From the NCBI GenBank assembly GCA_050575255.1, contig JBNZDD010013706.1, positions 2,906,620 to 2,970,619 of the forward strand: 64,000 bases of DNA, in the 5' to 3' direction. How positions within the stretch are numbered: position 1 is the stretch's first letter; each line of letters begins with the position of its first letter. Source of the DNA: Harriotta raleighana. Lineage: Eukaryota. A program made the translations under genes and the position numbers. The notes beneath the pieces are model-generated. The model saw only the letters and a list, made by a program, of their open reading frames with translations. It made no database searches and was not told the origin of the DNA. Positions 63,060 to 64,000 of the stretch are shown piece by piece.

Positions 63060-64000
63060 ACAATAACAACAACAACATTACATCTGTAGTCCGCCTTTCA
63101 CGTCGGAAGGACGTCTCAACACCTTGAACAGTCAGGAGTTAGTATCCGAGCATGGGGAATCAGGAAAAGCAGGGTTGGTGTCAGGAAGGGCACAGATGGT
63201 AGGAGGCATGGTCAAAAAGGAGGGTTTTGTACTGGGCCTTGAAGAAGGCAAAGAAGGGAGCAAGTTGAAGGGATTGTGGGATGGAGTTCCAAAGAGTGGG
63301 GGCACAGAAGCTGAAAGTACAGCCACCAATGGTAGGGTGAGTAGGGCGGGAGTATGGAGCAGACTGGAGCTTGGTGAATGGAGGAGCGGACAGGTTGATA
63401 GGGTCAGCAGGTCAGAGAGGTAGGAGTGGGCAAGGCTTTGAAAATGACGATAAGGATTTTGAATTGTATCCTTTGAGGAATGGGGAGCCAGTGGAGGCGG
63501 GCGAGGGTGGGAGTGATGGGGTCATGGAGCCTGGTGCAGGAGGACACAAGCTGCAGAGTTTGGGATGATCTGTATCTTATGGAGGGAAGATTTGGGGAGG
63601 CTGATAAGGAGGTCCTTGAGGTGACAAATGTGTATGTTGGCGGCCTGAGGGGTGATGCAGTGGCAGAGTCGGGAAATGTTGCGGAGGTGGTGGAAGGCAG
63701 TGCTGGTCATGGCAGGGATATGGGGGAGGAAGGACAGTTGAGGGTCAAGTAAGACACCCAGGTTTTTGACTGGCTTGGTGAGGTGGAATAATCATCCATC
63801 GATGCTGATGCTGCCAATGGCTAAGGCCAATCAGGAGGGCCTCAGTGTTGCTGACGTTCAACTATGGAAAATTGTCTTTCATCTAAGCCATGTAAAGACA
63901 TGTGATTTTGTTGCCGTTGTTGATGTCTGACAGTCAGTCAGGATGCCAATTGTCCTGAAATTGAGGGTGGAGGCAGAGTTGGGTGTCATCCGTGTACATG
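63060..64000 (-). mobile_element. L2-clade LINE 3' portion, continues past the window end
   Basis: (CAA)n tail, TAFHHLRNISRL, SSLHKIQIIPNSAA, and MYTDDTQL (RT YxDD) at the window edge. Confidence 0.88.

Noticed and set aside
38214-64000. PITPNC1 exon 1 (expected MLLKEYRICMPLTV[D/E]E-like)
   Set aside because: A by-eye scan of the minus strand found no matching codon string with a donor. It probably lies beyond the window, though I may have missed it.

Overview
Vertebrate genomic DNA. The repeat families (CR1 and L2 LINEs, Deu-domain and tRNA-head SINEs) point to a cartilaginous fish; this is inferred. The window holds one host gene, PITPNC1 (class II phosphatidylinositol transfer protein, RdgB-beta), on the minus strand. 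I traced coding exons 2-9 by hand with canonical GT-AG boundaries (149, 89, 8, 72, 96, 156, 64 and 266 nt; 900 nt in frame to a TAA at 7108). They include an 8-nt microexon, and there is also a duplicated alternative C-terminal exon (sp2-like, 12247-12345). I did not find exon 1; it probably lies beyond position 64000. Nearly all other ORFs in the track are spurious or decayed LINE fragments. Other notable items are an endogenous-retrovirus-like remnant (LTR, exact 18-nt tRNA-Gln primer-binding site, leader) at ~53.7-54.9 kb, an 81-nt near-perfect palindrome at 40320-40400, the 5' end of a CR1-type ORF1 with a TATA/Inr/CCAAT promoter at 1-481, two Tigger/pogo-like MITEs and several nested insertions. 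Three duplications flanking single N bases look like assembly artefacts. I see no solid evidence for a wholly new biological system. The best leads are the ERV remnant, the palindrome with its repeat-free island, and the PITPNC1 splicing architecture. Repeat boundaries are approximate, and comparisons with human proteins are from memory, not from a search.
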